Virus record (IMG/VR): IMGVR_UViG_3300037804_000399
Location: 1 to 64,000 of that record
Reading direction: 5' to 3' (one strand)
Length of the DNA: 64,000 nucleotides
From: a virus
In this document: one piece after another, positions 8,984 to 19,253 of the stretch
Layout of the letters: each line of letters begins with the position of its first letter
Numbering within the stretch: position 1 is the first letter of the stretch
Translations under genes and position numbers: made by a program
Notes under the pieces: model-generated
Told to the model about the DNA's origin: nothing
The model's database searches: none
Seen by the model: the letters and a program-made list of their open reading frames with translations, nothing else

Positions 8984-10783
8984 ATGTCGAACAATAAGAA
9001 ATTTTACATGGGCAATAAGCGATTAAAAGCTGAAGGCTTTGAAGAGACTATCGGTAAGGTCGAATTTAAAAAAAGAGTCCGTGAAATAAAAAGATGCAAA
9101 GAAGATATTTTATACTTTGCTGAAAAATACTTCTTCATTGTTTCTCCTGATAAGGGAAAACATAGAATACAAATGTTCGATAAACAAAAGCAACTAGTTA
9201 AATCTTTTCAAGAATTTGACAGAGTTGTTACTCTTGCGGCAAGACAAACAGGAAAGACAACAGCATATACAGTTTATCTGTGTTGGCTAATGATCTTTTT
9301 CAAAGACAAACGTATTCTCGTTTGTGGTAATAAACAATCAACCTCAAAAGAAATCGTAAGCAGGGTTAAACTTGCTTTTGAACTTCTTCCACTATGGCTT
9401 AAACCTGCAACAACAGAGTGGGCTGGACTCAGTTTTGCTTTGAACAACGGTTCCACTATAAAAGGTGTTGCTACATCTGCATCATCTGCTAGAGGTGACT
9501 CAATAAACGTTCTAGTTATCGATGAAGCTGCTTTCATACCGCCAAATATAATGGACGAGTTTTGGCAATCAGTATATCCTACTATATCAGCTCCTGGTGG
9601 AAACACTCAAGTTATAATGGTTTCAACTCCAAACGGTACTGGTAACCTATTTTATGAAACTTATGAGAGCGCTCGACTAGGATTAGAAGGTGGATGGCAT
9701 CTCGAACAAATGAATTGGGACGATAGACCTGGAAGAGATGCTGCTTGGAAAGATAAAACGATTGCATCATTTAACGGTGACATGCAAAAATGGGCTCAGG
9801 AATTTGGCAATAAATTTATAGGGTCATCTCAAACTTTATTCAAACCAACAGCTATTGAATATTTTAAATCGTTTATTATATCTGATAAATGGTTCGAGCC
9901 TACAATTATAGATTTGCCAAAACTTCCAGGCGAACATATTAATATCAAACAGTGGTTTAAACCGCACCCTTCACGGACTTATGCAATTGGAGCGGATGTT
10001 GCTGATGGAGTAGGTGGCGATAGTTCAATAGCATTAGTATTTGATATAACAGAATTGTATAATATAAAACAGGTAGCATCTTTTGCTAGTAATGTGGTTT
10101 CGCCAACAGAGTTTGCATATGTATTGGTTAAGATCGGAGTAATGTATAACAATGCTCATATTTTATGCGAAAGTAATAACATGGGAAGATCTACTCTAGA
10201 TTTCATATATCAGATTTATGAATATGAATGGATAGTAAACTTCGGAGGAAAGAGAAATCTTGGCATACTTTCAAATCATATGATAAAAATAAAGACTTGT
10301 TTATTCTCAAGAAGTCTAACTACTGCTGCAAACGTAAAAATAGAATTATATGATAAGAACGCTGTTGCTGAATTAGAGTACTTTGAAAAGGTAGTTGGAG
10401 GAAATACATACAAAGCTATTCAAGGAAAATATGATGACTACACTTTATCATTCATTTGGCTTATGTTTATCTTTCAACCTGAAATAGTAGACAACTATTA
10501 CGATGTTAGAGATTGGCAAACAACTACATTAGGATACTCACTTCCAAAAGTTATCAGAAACTTTAGTGTATATGGAAGCGGAAACATGTTTAACGATGCT
10601 TTGTCCGCAGCCATCAAAGATCCTGATAAAGTATTTGAAGGATTAGGCGATGGAACCATTTCAGAAGAAGCTGTAGGATACTTTGCAGGAGAAACAGACG
10701 GAGGTGATGATGTCATGAGTAGTAGAGGTTTTTCAGCGGATTCATATAGTAATGAAGATACCAGTTGGCTATTTAACACATAA
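8984..10783 (+). CDS. gp17: Terminase large subunit
   Basis: YMGN..LK, Walker A ARQTGKT, Walker B VLVIDEAAF, STPNG, QEF, nuclease GADVADG and YDD. Confidence 0.95.
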   Translation: MSNNKKFYMGNKRLKAEGFEETIGKVEFKKRVREIKRCKEDILYFAEKYFFIVSPDKGKHRIQMFDKQKQLVKSFQEFDRVVTLAARQTGKTTAYTVYLCWLMIFFKDKRILVCGNKQSTSKEIVSRVKLAFELLPLWLKPATTEWAGLSFALNNGSTIKGVATSASSARGDSINVLVIDEAAFIPPNIMDEFWQSVYPTISAPGGNTQVIMVSTPNGTGNLFYETYESARLGLEGGWHLEQMNWDDRPGRDAAWKDKTIASFNGDMQKWAQEFGNKFIGSSQTLFKPTAIEYFKSFIISDKWFEPTIIDLPKLPGEHINIKQWFKPHPSRTYAIGADVADGVGGDSSIALVFDITELYNIKQVASFASNVVSPTEFAYVLVKIGVMYNNAHILCESNNMGRSTLDFIYQIYEYEWIVNFGGKRNLGILSNHMIKIKTCLFSRSLTTAANVKIELYDKNAVAELEYFEKVVGGNTYKAIQGKYDDYTLSFIWLMFIFQPEIVDNYYDVRDWQTTTLGYSLPKVIRNFSVYGSGNMFNDALSAAIKDPDKVFEGLGDGTISEEAVGYFAGETDGGDDVMSSRGFSADSYSNEDTSWLFNT

Positions 10784-10819
10784 TGAATGTAAATAAGAAT
10801 AGGATAAACTTTAAGGAAT

Positions 10820-11083
10820 TTGTATATGACCATAAATGAACAGGATGATCCCAAACAAGAAGATCTCCATGATGATTTTAAGAAACAAGGATTGGTCCTA
10901 GTTGATGAATTGAAACAGATCATAGCTTTAGGATTGAATGATGATATACCGATCAAAGATTTAATCAAGACCAATGATAATATAAAGAAATTTAGAAAGA
11001 ATGGTTTGACTATCCTTCAAAACCTTACTGGTGTAACAGCTCCGCAAAAAGATGATGAGGGTGATGATAATGAAAACATTTAA
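10820..11083 (+). CDS. Hypothetical protein
   Basis: ORF with AAGGA RBS; TGTAAATA late-like element at ~10788. Confidence 0.5.
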   Translation: MYMTINEQDDPKQEDLHDDFKKQGLVLVDELKQIIALGLNDDIPIKDLIKTNDNIKKFRKNGLTILQNLTGVTAPQKDDEGDDNENI

Positions 11084-12254
11084 ACAATTTGTATCTGAAA
11101 ACTACACTTTCGTAGTTGAGCGGTCTGAAAACATGACAGTTCTAATACAAGTGCTTTATGAATACCACGAAGAACTAAAAAAAGAATTTTCTAAGTTGGA
11201 AAAAAAGATCACCAACTCGTCTAAAAAAGACGATACAAAAATTCAATCGTATCTTACCGGTACAGGAATGCAAAAACACTTTGACGATTGGGTTACTACA
11301 AAGGTTAAAACTAAAAAAATAGATTCGCTTTTACCATCAGATATGTCTATAAACAAGGACAAAAACAAAGGTAATGGTGATAAAAAAGAAGACGGTGATG
11401 ATAATAATATAACTCCTCAGGAAGCTTTCTATAAATTAGGTGATAAGGATAAACAGAAATTACAAGATATTAATCACAAAGATAATAGAAAGAAGCATAT
11501 TGTTAGTCTCATGCAAGACGAACCAGCACTTGCAAAATTTGTTTCAGAATTTGATCCAGAGAAGATGTTAACACCTGCTCAAGAAAAATTAGTATCTCAA
11601 TTAGACAAAAGGATGAGTGACGAAAATTGGTTTGAAGCTTTTTTCGGAAATGCTGACAAAGTAAATGTTAAAAATTATAATTCGTCATTAGCTAAAAAGA
11701 TCAAAGATGCGATGCTATTAAAAAAAGAAAGTGTTCTTATTGAAGACAATTTTAGTATAACAAGTGACGAAGCTGATGGAAAGCTTCTTAAAGATATAGC
11801 AGCCGCAAATAAAGGATATTTAAAAGCTTTCAAGATATACGTTAAAAGAGTGGGCGAAGTAGCTTTTGCATTTAGAGCAAGAACGAGTTCAGCTATGAAA
11901 GTAGCAACTGCACTAGATGATAAAAAGTCTGTCGATCCTGAAACTGGATTTTCAACAAATGATCAAAAAGTTATATCTGATATATTTGGTGATCTACTAG
12001 CTGCAAAAAACAATTTGAAAAATATAATCAATAGTACAAAGACAACGAGAATGAAAGTTGGATCAACTATTGCAAAAGAAATTATGACATTTAACGATGA
12101 CAATAATTTAATTGAAAAGATGGAAAATCTCGACTTTGAAAAAACAGATGAGTTTGGAAAGTTTATGAAAGAACTTGAAACTTTATCTGACCTAATTGAT
12201 AAACATCTTTCATCTGACAAAAGAAAAGAAGAAAAACCAAAAGAAAATAAATAA
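11070..12254 (+). CDS. Putative internal head protein (MKTFKQFVSE leader)
   Basis: The ATG at 11070 gives MKTFKQFVSE, which resembles the T4 internal-protein capsid-targeting sequence; the protein is Lys/Asp-rich and helical. Confidence 0.5.
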   Translation: MKTFKQFVSENYTFVVERSENMTVLIQVLYEYHEELKKEFSKLEKKITNSSKKDDTKIQSYLTGTGMQKHFDDWVTTKVKTKKIDSLLPSDMSINKDKNKGNGDKKEDGDDNNITPQEAFYKLGDKDKQKLQDINHKDNRKKHIVSLMQDEPALAKFVSEFDPEKMLTPAQEKLVSQLDKRMSDENWFEAFFGNADKVNVKNYNSSLAKKIKDAMLLKKESVLIEDNFSITSDEADGKLLKDIAAANKGYLKAFKIYVKRVGEVAFAFRARTSSAMKVATALDDKKSVDPETGFSTNDQKVISDIFGDLLAAKNNLKNIINSTKTTRMKVGSTIAKEIMTFNDDNNLIEKMENLDFEKTDEFGKFMKELETLSDLIDKHLSSDKRKEEKPKENK

Positions 12255-13396
12255 TGCAAATATTTAATCCAGAAACTGATACAATAAAAAACATAAGGTT
12301 CCTCAAACAGAAGAACTTAGAAGGCGAACAGTTAATTCAAAAAGGACTGTACCGTGAAACTATTATTCAGAATGGAATAGATGTAACTTATTTTAGAAAA
12401 GAACTAGACTTCTATCATGATGGAGGCGGTATTGATGCTAATCATATTTACGGAGAGTCTCCAAATGCAAAATACAAACACTCTGAAGATATTATTGTCT
12501 TTATGACAATAACAGCAGACAATGCTCTCCTTCAAACATTTGGAATAGAGACATCTGTTACTGCTGAAATTTTTATGATGAAAGAGGATTTTGTAGAAGC
12601 ATTCAGAGATAAAGTGGGAAAAGAGTTATCAGTTGATATTTCAGTACCAGTCAGCGTTACTGTTCGTAACTATGAAGGAACTTTAGAAGCAAATTTCACA
12701 TCAGATAAACTAAAGGGTTCAATTGAATTATCAATGGATCAATATTTTAATGGTGATGAGTCAGGCGAACAAACTATCCCTGTAACAGTAGCTCCTTTCA
12801 GAACAGCTGAACCACACAATCATATGTTAGCGGTGTCAACAGCTTATACCGAAAGAGAAATAACCGGAGAGTTTGCTGGAGATTTAACAGGAACGTTATC
12901 GCCACTTGGTAGTGGAATACTTACAGGTACTTTGAGTGCTACATTGTCATACTTCTCAGAAGATGATTCTGATAACAAAACTGATTTTTGGGGAATTGCA
13001 CCACAAGTTGGAGACTTTATTAGATTTATAGAATTTGGTCACAATGATGGAAACTTTGAAGAGTATGAGATCACTCAAATAAATGACAAAGATTTAGCGT
13101 CATCTGGTTTAAATCCACTATTGGATAAATACTTATGGAGATGTAATATTGTGAGACGTACCCCAAGTCATGAAGACATTGCTGTTCGTGCAGAAGATGA
13201 GAACGGTAATCCACTTGGCGAAGATAGTGATCCTACATATGTTGATTTTCCTGAAGAAGAAAAGTACACCCAGAATAATACTGAGTTACATGAACTGTTA
13301 CAGAATGAAGAATCGGATAATGTATTTGAATATACTGAAAATGATGTTGACAAGATCGATAAAAAAGAAAGCGATGACGTTTATGGAGGCTTCTAA
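12254..13396 (+). CDS. gp14: Neck/head-closure protein gp14
   Basis: E.I...G.DV.Y.R, IYGE, FGI, P.VGD.I, EYEI..I motifs, with a central insertion. Confidence 0.75.
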   Translation: MQIFNPETDTIKNIRFLKQKNLEGEQLIQKGLYRETIIQNGIDVTYFRKELDFYHDGGGIDANHIYGESPNAKYKHSEDIIVFMTITADNALLQTFGIETSVTAEIFMMKEDFVEAFRDKVGKELSVDISVPVSVTVRNYEGTLEANFTSDKLKGSIELSMDQYFNGDESGEQTIPVTVAPFRTAEPHNHMLAVSTAYTEREITGEFAGDLTGTLSPLGSGILTGTLSATLSYFSEDDSDNKTDFWGIAPQVGDFIRFIEFGHNDGNFEEYEITQINDKDLASSGLNPLLDKYLWRCNIVRRTPSHEDIAVRAEDENGNPLGEDSDPTYVDFPEEEKYTQNNTELHELLQNEESDNVFEYTENDVDKIDKKESDDVYGGF

Positions 13397-13935
13397 TGCC
13401 AGAAGATATTGATACCTCATTAACTGATCCTCTCAATTTAATGACAGATAATAGATGGATAGCTGTTATTCCTACTCGATTCACTGCTAGTGATCCGAGA
13501 CAACAAAAAGAAATATGTCTAAACCTACAAGAGTTTACTCTCCCAGGCTTTGGAATTTCAACAGCTGAGATATCTACAAGAGGATATAAAGTCAACGTGC
13601 CTACTAATGCAATGGAGATTTCAAAAGAACTAACATTTTCTTACATTCTTGATTCAGCACTTACGCAGTATAAGTGGTTATATGCTTGGTTTTTACAGAC
13701 TACATTATCTCAATGCCAGACAGAAAAGCCAGTACTACATGAAGTAGTGGTACCTATCCAAGTTAAATTGATTTCAGAATATAAAAATGTAGTACTAGAA
13801 TTAGTTTTCGAAAACTGCTTCTTGAAAAATATCGCTGATTTAAGATTAAACTATACTGGCAACAATGATCCACTTAAACACTCATTTACTATTATGTTCT
13901 CAGAGATGAGAATAGTAGATCCACATAAAAGCTAA
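13396..13935 (+). CDS. gp3: Tail tube terminator / tail completion protein gp3-like
   Basis: Q.FTLPG..I, LTFSYILD..L..YKWLY.W, L.F.NCF, tail-tube fold signature. Confidence 0.7.
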   Translation: MPEDIDTSLTDPLNLMTDNRWIAVIPTRFTASDPRQQKEICLNLQEFTLPGFGISTAEISTRGYKVNVPTNAMEISKELTFSYILDSALTQYKWLYAWFLQTTLSQCQTEKPVLHEVVVPIQVKLISEYKNVVLELVFENCFLKNIADLRLNYTGNNDPLKHSFTIMFSEMRIVDPHKS

Positions 13936-13947
13936 TAGGAATTTATT

Positions 13948-14202
13948 ATGAAGAAATATAAAAAATCAGATCTTGCAGAAAGATTTAAAAACATGAAGAA
14001 GTCAAATATCATTTCTGAAGATGAAAATGAACAGAAGAATTATAGAATTTTTAAAATATCAAATTCTAATAACGAAGTAGTTCATGTAATAGGCGTAGAT
14101 GTATCAGACGGACAAACTCCTCCTTCTTTTAATATAAGTAGTGAAGACTTTACTGGTACTTCAGAGCAACTCACTCAGAAGAAACAAGATTTAAAAAAAT
14201 AA
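13948..14202 (+). CDS. Hypothetical protein
   Basis: ORF with RBS in the late operon. Confidence 0.5.
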   Translation: MKKYKKSDLAERFKNMKKSNIISEDENEQKNYRIFKISNSNNEVVHVIGVDVSDGQTPPSFNISSEDFTGTSEQLTQKKQDLKK

Positions 14203-14214
14203 AGGAACTATATT

Positions 14215-14883
14215 ATGATTGATAAGGTAAAAGCAAAAAAGCTTCTTGATAAATTACTCAGCAAAGAGGAAGAGGAAGAATTGATTGTCGATCCTATTGA
14301 TTCCCAGGATGTTGATTTAGAAGCTGAAGTAGAAGAACTTGAAGATGAAGTTTTAGATTTAGAAGCTGAAGTTGAAGAACTTGAAGCAGAAGATCCTGCT
14401 GAAGAAGAGGTTGTTGAAGAAGAGGTTGTTGAAGAAGCTGAAGAAGATGAATTAGATGAAGAAGATGAAGAAGATGAAGAAGCAAACATGTTTGATTTAG
14501 ATAATCTATCTGATGATGAATTCGGAGACGATCTTGATGAAGAAGAACTAGACGCTGACGCCGAACTCAGTAGCGAACAAGATCTTTATAAAACAGCTTT
14601 GGCTGATTTATCAAATGAATTTAATTCTAAAAATGAAAAAACTCCTTATAACTTATTTGTATACGCTCCATCTGATGAACACTTTAAATCATTTAAGATT
14701 GGTTTTGAAACAGACGACACAATGATCTATTTTGACAATAGTGATTACGATGAAGGCAAAGTTGATTTAAAATTCAATGATGTATTTTATGGAGAGTTAG
14801 ACGCTATCGCAAAAGACGTTGGTATTCGTAGAATAGAATGGTCTGATAATGACGAAGGCGTTTACGGTACAATTACACTATAA
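14215..14883 (+). CDS. Highly acidic hypothetical protein
   Basis: Glu/Asp-rich N-terminal half with a duplicated DLEAEVEELE. Confidence 0.55.
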   Translation: MIDKVKAKKLLDKLLSKEEEEELIVDPIDSQDVDLEAEVEELEDEVLDLEAEVEELEAEDPAEEEVVEEEVVEEAEEDELDEEDEEDEEANMFDLDNLSDDEFGDDLDEEELDADAELSSEQDLYKTALADLSNEFNSKNEKTPYNLFVYAPSDEHFKSFKIGFETDDTMIYFDNSDYDEGKVDLKFNDVFYGELDAIAKDVGIRRIEWSDNDEGVYGTITL

Positions 14884-14888
14884 ACTTT

Positions 14889-14918
14889 AATAAAAGGGTC
14901 TTAAATGACCCTTTTATT
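14889..14918 (+). terminator. Intrinsic terminator
   Basis: AATAAAAGGGTC-TTAAAT-GACCCTTTTATT. Confidence 0.8.
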
Positions 14919-14939
14919 ATCTTTACCGTCTCTTATGCG

Positions 14940-14947
14940 TATAAATA
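14940..14947 (+). promoter_or_regulatory. T4-type late promoter TATAAATA
   Basis: Exact consensus in an intergenic region. Confidence 0.6.
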
Positions 14948-15015
14948 AATCACGAAAGATGGACTATACTTTAACCATGCATGATAGATACTAATTAATA
15001 AATTAAGAGGTTGGT

Positions 15016-15357
15016 TTGGATAATATTACCCAAGGTAATACAGATGCTGCGAGAGAGTTAATAGCTTTTGATTTACAAGCTATGATTTCAGATGAAGAGT
15101 GTCTAAAGAAGAGACAAGTACTCATTTTGGAATATAATGTTGCTCTTGATATGCTAAGTGAAGAAACAGCTTGTTCTTCTATTACAACTTTTGATAATGT
15201 TATTGAAGCTCTAGAATTAGAGATTAATATCATACAAGAATTAAAAGATGAAATTGGACACTCAGAAGAACAAACAGAAGAACTTCAGAATGCTATATCC
15301 TTCCTGAAGTCTGTCCCCTATATGTCATATATGATTGATGGCGAAATCATTTCATAA
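15016..15357 (+). CDS. Hypothetical protein
   Basis: TTG start with a GAGG RBS. Confidence 0.45.
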   Translation: MDNITQGNTDAARELIAFDLQAMISDEECLKKRQVLILEYNVALDMLSEETACSSITTFDNVIEALELEINIIQELKDEIGHSEEQTEELQNAISFLKSVPYMSYMIDGEIIS

Positions 15358-15443
15358 TTTATAAAAATATCATTCCCAGCTTTAAAATCCCAAAATTAAA
15401 CGTATTATAAGTAGATAATAAACATAATGAGTAGGTTTGCAAC

Positions 15444-15929
15444 ATGAGTACATTTCAAGCAACAAAAGTAATAGACGGTTTTAGTACTGTATTTAGACAA
15501 TGGAGAGCAGACGGCACTCATTGTAGATTTTTACATGGATATGGAACATCTGTAAAGTTTTGGTTTGAAGGTGCTCTTGATGAAAGAAATTGGACATATG
15601 ATTTCGGAGGTTTTAAAAGAAGTAAAGTTTTAGTAGATAAAATGCAACCCAAACAATGGTTCAGTTATCTATTGGACCATACTACTATAATAGCACAAGA
15701 CGATCCAGCACTTCCTGCAATGAAACAATTACATGATGACGGAGTGATCCAATTAAGAATCATTCCACATGTTGGTGCGGAACAATTTGCAAAATACATT
15801 TACGATAAAATTCAACCAGTAGTAGATCAGGAAACTGATGGAAGAGTAAGAGTTACTCAAGTTGAATTTAGAGAACATGAAAAAAACACAGCTCTTTATA
15901 TAGCTGATACCAAACAGGGAGAATTTTAA
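15444..15929 (+). CDS. queD: 6-carboxytetrahydropterin synthase QueD
   Basis: HCRFLHGY, DFGG.K, LDHT, GAEQFA, VEFREHEKN. Confidence 0.88.
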   Translation: MSTFQATKVIDGFSTVFRQWRADGTHCRFLHGYGTSVKFWFEGALDERNWTYDFGGFKRSKVLVDKMQPKQWFSYLLDHTTIIAQDDPALPAMKQLHDDGVIQLRIIPHVGAEQFAKYIYDKIQPVVDQETDGRVRVTQVEFREHEKNTALYIADTKQGEF

Positions 15930-16333
15930 TGAGTGATGAAGCAATCCAATTAAATGATTTAAAAGTTACGGAGGGAAACCTTCTTGATGTTTACAATAAA
16001 CAAACCAGTAAATTTTCAAATGCAAAGAAAACTTATAAGGTTGCTTGGGTTCAAGATTGTTGTGGTGAAAAAACTATTATGTTTACTGATAACGAAATTG
16101 AAAAATTTAAAGCACGTGCAGCTAAACACGGACTACCTTCTACTTTTCCTAATGACTATAATATCGGTCATCTAGTTACAGTACTTAATTATATATTTCT
16201 TCCTATCAATACTCAACTAGGTGAAATTTATCTCCTAATGACTCAGCGTGAAGTATCTATAGCTATCACGAGAGCTTATAAAAACCCTGAAGATATCCCA
16301 TCGAAATCTTTTTTAACTGATCTATTAGATTAA
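15929..16333 (+). CDS. Hypothetical protein
   Basis: Coupled to queD; two internal repeats ending R.A.(K/N).P. Confidence 0.55.
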   Translation: MSDEAIQLNDLKVTEGNLLDVYNKQTSKFSNAKKTYKVAWVQDCCGEKTIMFTDNEIEKFKARAAKHGLPSTFPNDYNIGHLVTVLNYIFLPINTQLGEIYLLMTQREVSIAITRAYKNPEDIPSKSFLTDLLD

Positions 16334-16342
16334 AGGAACAAT

Positions 16343-16954
16343 ATGTTTTCTATTTTACAATTAACAAATAAGCTTGAAAGTAATGGCCCAAGAAGAGGTC
16401 AAGGTGTAATACGAATAGAACTCGTTGCAGCTGAAATTTGTAACATGACAGTAACAGATGTCATCAAAGCTATTAAAGCAAGCAAAGCGCCCTTTCACGC
16501 AATAGTGTTCGAGGGAGATGATTCTCTATCTCAAATTAATAATCCAGTTGGACAAGATTTACTTGATGCATTAACTCAAGTATTTAACGTACCTATGATT
16601 ATTGAATCCAATACTACATCATTTGTGTCTGACGTATTTGTATCATCTACCAGTGACCTTTCATTTACTCATATTATTGATATCAAAGATAAATGGTTAG
16701 ATTACTTTTTAGATCGTACTGTAGGCAATGCTCTATATACAATATATAAGAATGTAAAATCTAATTGTAATATTGTTTTCAAACTCCCAACAGATGTTTC
16801 AGAAAGCACGTTTGATGAAATACAAAGATTTGTTGATGCCTTTAAAATTGAAATGCTCAACGCAACCATTCTACAACCTACATCTAAATTTGAACACTCA
16901 AAATTAGTTTATGATCAATGCATGCAAAGAGGGATGGTTTTAGATAACCTATAA
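16343..16954 (+). CDS. Degenerate QueE-like (radical-SAM fold) protein lacking CX3CX2C
   Basis: ESNGPRRG..IRI resembles QGEG...G..FIR, IVFEGDDSL resembles ITGGEPL, IESNT resembles IETNG, and ILQP is present. There is no Fe-S Cys triad. Confidence 0.5.
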   Translation: MFSILQLTNKLESNGPRRGQGVIRIELVAAEICNMTVTDVIKAIKASKAPFHAIVFEGDDSLSQINNPVGQDLLDALTQVFNVPMIIESNTTSFVSDVFVSSTSDLSFTHIIDIKDKWLDYFLDRTVGNALYTIYKNVKSNCNIVFKLPTDVSESTFDEIQRFVDAFKIEMLNATILQPTSKFEHSKLVYDQCMQRGMVLDNL

Positions 16955-16998
16955 CCTCTTTTAGGTTCTACAGTTATATTTTAATGGAAATGTAATAT

Positions 16999-17646
16999 AT
17001 GAATACGAAAAATAAAAAAATAACCATAATTGTTGATCAAGATTCAACTTTAGTGGATATAGTGACTCCTTGGTTAAAACATATTAATCTACGATTAAAC
17101 GCTACAGTTAAAAAGAAAGATATTGTCCAATATGATATGTTTCAAGTACTACAAGACATGGGAATCGAAAAGCAAAAAGCTGCTACGGTATTTGATATCT
17201 TTGCAGATGAAAATGTTAACTTATATAATGAATCTGATTTAGAACCTACCTTTGATCCTATATTCAAATGTATGGTCGAAAATAGAGATGTTAATTGGAA
17301 ACTGTTTACGAAGTCTGCCTCAAGTAATATGACCAATACAAAGGAGTATTGGCTTTGTAGAAATAAGATTACAAAATATTTCGATACTATTTTTATTGAT
17401 GAAATTACTGGAAGTGAAATCATTACAAGTGACAAAGCAGTTGCTGGTGATATTTTAATTGATGATCACAGACAATATTGTAATTCGTTTATTAAAAAGA
17501 ATCCAAATGGCATTGCTCTTCAAATTAAACAACCTTGGAATAAAAGGTTCGAAGACACTGAACAAATTATAACTGTTGATGAACATACATTGTATGATAA
17601 ACTAACTAATAGAATAACAGAGTTAAGGAGATTGAATGCAAATTAA
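16999..17646 (+). CDS. HAD 5'(3')-deoxyribonucleotidase (NT5C-like)
   Basis: DQDSTL motif I, K..WL, GDILIDD, QPWN. Confidence 0.8.
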   Translation: MNTKNKKITIIVDQDSTLVDIVTPWLKHINLRLNATVKKKDIVQYDMFQVLQDMGIEKQKAATVFDIFADENVNLYNESDLEPTFDPIFKCMVENRDVNWKLFTKSASSNMTNTKEYWLCRNKITKYFDTIFIDEITGSEIITSDKAVAGDILIDDHRQYCNSFIKKNPNGIALQIKQPWNKRFEDTEQIITVDEHTLYDKLTNRITELRRLNAN

Positions 17647-18049
17647 TCCAAAAGAAATTATAGCTAAAGGTGTCTTAATTCCTGACAAGGGAACAGAGTG
17701 TCAGCAAAATGGAATCGATGTAACTATTTCACAGGATGTATTGATACCAGCAAAAGGATTTGTTAATATTTTATGTAACGAGAAAGTTAATATCCCATCT
17801 GGGGTATTTGCTACTACTAATATTAGATCCTCCTTTTCAAGAAGAGGAATGTTTACAACTACTGGTATTTGGGACAGTGGATATAATGGTCCAGTTGGCT
17901 GTAGCATATATAATTTGTCAGATGAAGAAATTGTCATTGTAAAAGATACACGTATTATGCAATTGATTTTTTGGCAAGGCAATGAAGCAGAAATGTATGA
18001 TGGTCATTATAATCATACGAGTGATATTAATTCAAAATTAGATAAATAA
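17636..18049 (+). CDS. dut: dUTPase / dCTP deaminase family protein
   Basis: QNGIDVT, RSSFSRRG, GIWDSGYNG, RIMQL, Y.G.Y. The Dcd catalytic Glu is not evident, which favours dUTPase. Confidence 0.75.
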   Translation: MQINPKEIIAKGVLIPDKGTECQQNGIDVTISQDVLIPAKGFVNILCNEKVNIPSGVFATTNIRSSFSRRGMFTTTGIWDSGYNGPVGCSIYNLSDEEIVIVKDTRIMQLIFWQGNEAEMYDGHYNHTSDINSKLDK

Positions 18050-18108
18050 TACTTTAAAACAAGTATAAAATCACTATAATATAATAATCAAACGAATGAG
18101 GAATACCG

Positions 18109-19071
18109 ATGACCGAACCAAAATATTTACGTAATGATATCCAAGAACATACTGAAGGATTTCACAAAATAAAACTAGACGCAGTCGGCGTGCGCGAATT
18201 AGTAGCTCCGATTAAAATTAAAAGAAAAGACGGAACTGTTTACTCTACAAATACCAAAGTATCTGCATACTGTAAGTTAGATGCCGATCAGAAAGGTGTT
18301 AACATGAGTAGAAACTCACGCACTATTTTTGAACATCTTCCAGCGGGTGAATTTGAACTACATAATCTCGACAAGCTTGTTCTCGAGTTAGCAAAGGCTC
18401 ATGACGAAACTGATGTTAAATTGAAATTTAAATTTACATATCTTTTTGCTGACCCTTCTCCTGTTACAAAGATCGATGGTTTCGAACCAGTTGATGTAAA
18501 AGTAACTGTTCATTATATCAACGGAAAGGTCAGAACATATTTTGATATTGTAGATGTTGAATCATCTTGTTGTCCTTGTTCAAAAAACATGTCAATGTTA
18601 TTAAATAACATTACTGATGAACAGCACGAAGTATTAAAAGATCTACCTGAAGAACTTTACGCTAAAGTTAAAGAAGCTGGATTTGGTGCTCACAATCAAA
18701 GATCGAATATCAATGTTACTGTAGAACTTAACAGTCTAAGTGAAGATGTTCTTTGGATTGAAGATATTGTTGAAATGGTTCAACGAAGTGTTTCTTCTCC
18801 TATTCACAATATTCTTAAACGACCTGATGAAAAAGTTGTAACTGAATTACAATACATGGGTGGATATTTTGATGACGATATGGTCTTCCAAAAAGTTGAA
18901 GGCGCAGGACCAGCTTTCTCAGAAGACATTTGTAGAAATGTTGCAGCAAAGTTGATTGATGAACTTGATAACAGAATTGTTGACTTTAGTGTTGTAGTGG
19001 ATAATGAAGAATCTATCCACACTACATTATTTGCAACTAGTATTTGTAATGCTGGAAGAGAACTACATTAA
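18109..19071 (+). CDS. folE2: GTP cyclohydrolase I, type IB (FolE2)
   Basis: VGV, KGVNMSR, CPCS, AHNQRS, LKRPDE, FSED..R, EESIH. Confidence 0.92.
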   Translation: MTEPKYLRNDIQEHTEGFHKIKLDAVGVRELVAPIKIKRKDGTVYSTNTKVSAYCKLDADQKGVNMSRNSRTIFEHLPAGEFELHNLDKLVLELAKAHDETDVKLKFKFTYLFADPSPVTKIDGFEPVDVKVTVHYINGKVRTYFDIVDVESSCCPCSKNMSMLLNNITDEQHEVLKDLPEELYAKVKEAGFGAHNQRSNINVTVELNSLSEDVLWIEDIVEMVQRSVSSPIHNILKRPDEKVVTELQYMGGYFDDDMVFQKVEGAGPAFSEDICRNVAAKLIDELDNRIVDFSVVVDNEESIHTTLFATSICNAGRELH

Positions 19072-19099
19072 TATAATTTTTAATAAATTATAATTTTTC

Positions 19100-19130
19100 A
19101 AGAGGAGTCTTTTAGACTCCTCTTTTTTTT
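19100..19130 (+). terminator. Intrinsic terminator
   Basis: AAGAGGAGTCT-TTT-AGACTCCTCTTTTTTTT. Confidence 0.85.
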
Positions 19131-19196
19131 GTTTAGATGTTGTTGACTTTATCATATGTAAAAACATGTAAAATACATAATAAAGTCAACCTCTTG

Positions 19197-19231
19197 TTGA
19201 CTTTTATATAAATAGGTGTATAGTATATAAA
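19197..19231 (+). promoter_or_regulatory. Early-type promoter TTGACT-N16-TATAGT with an embedded late TATAAATA (19207-19214)
   Basis: Matches the motif at 5046 and 26976. Confidence 0.65.
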
Positions 19232-19253
19232 GAACAATTTAAAGGACTGCATT

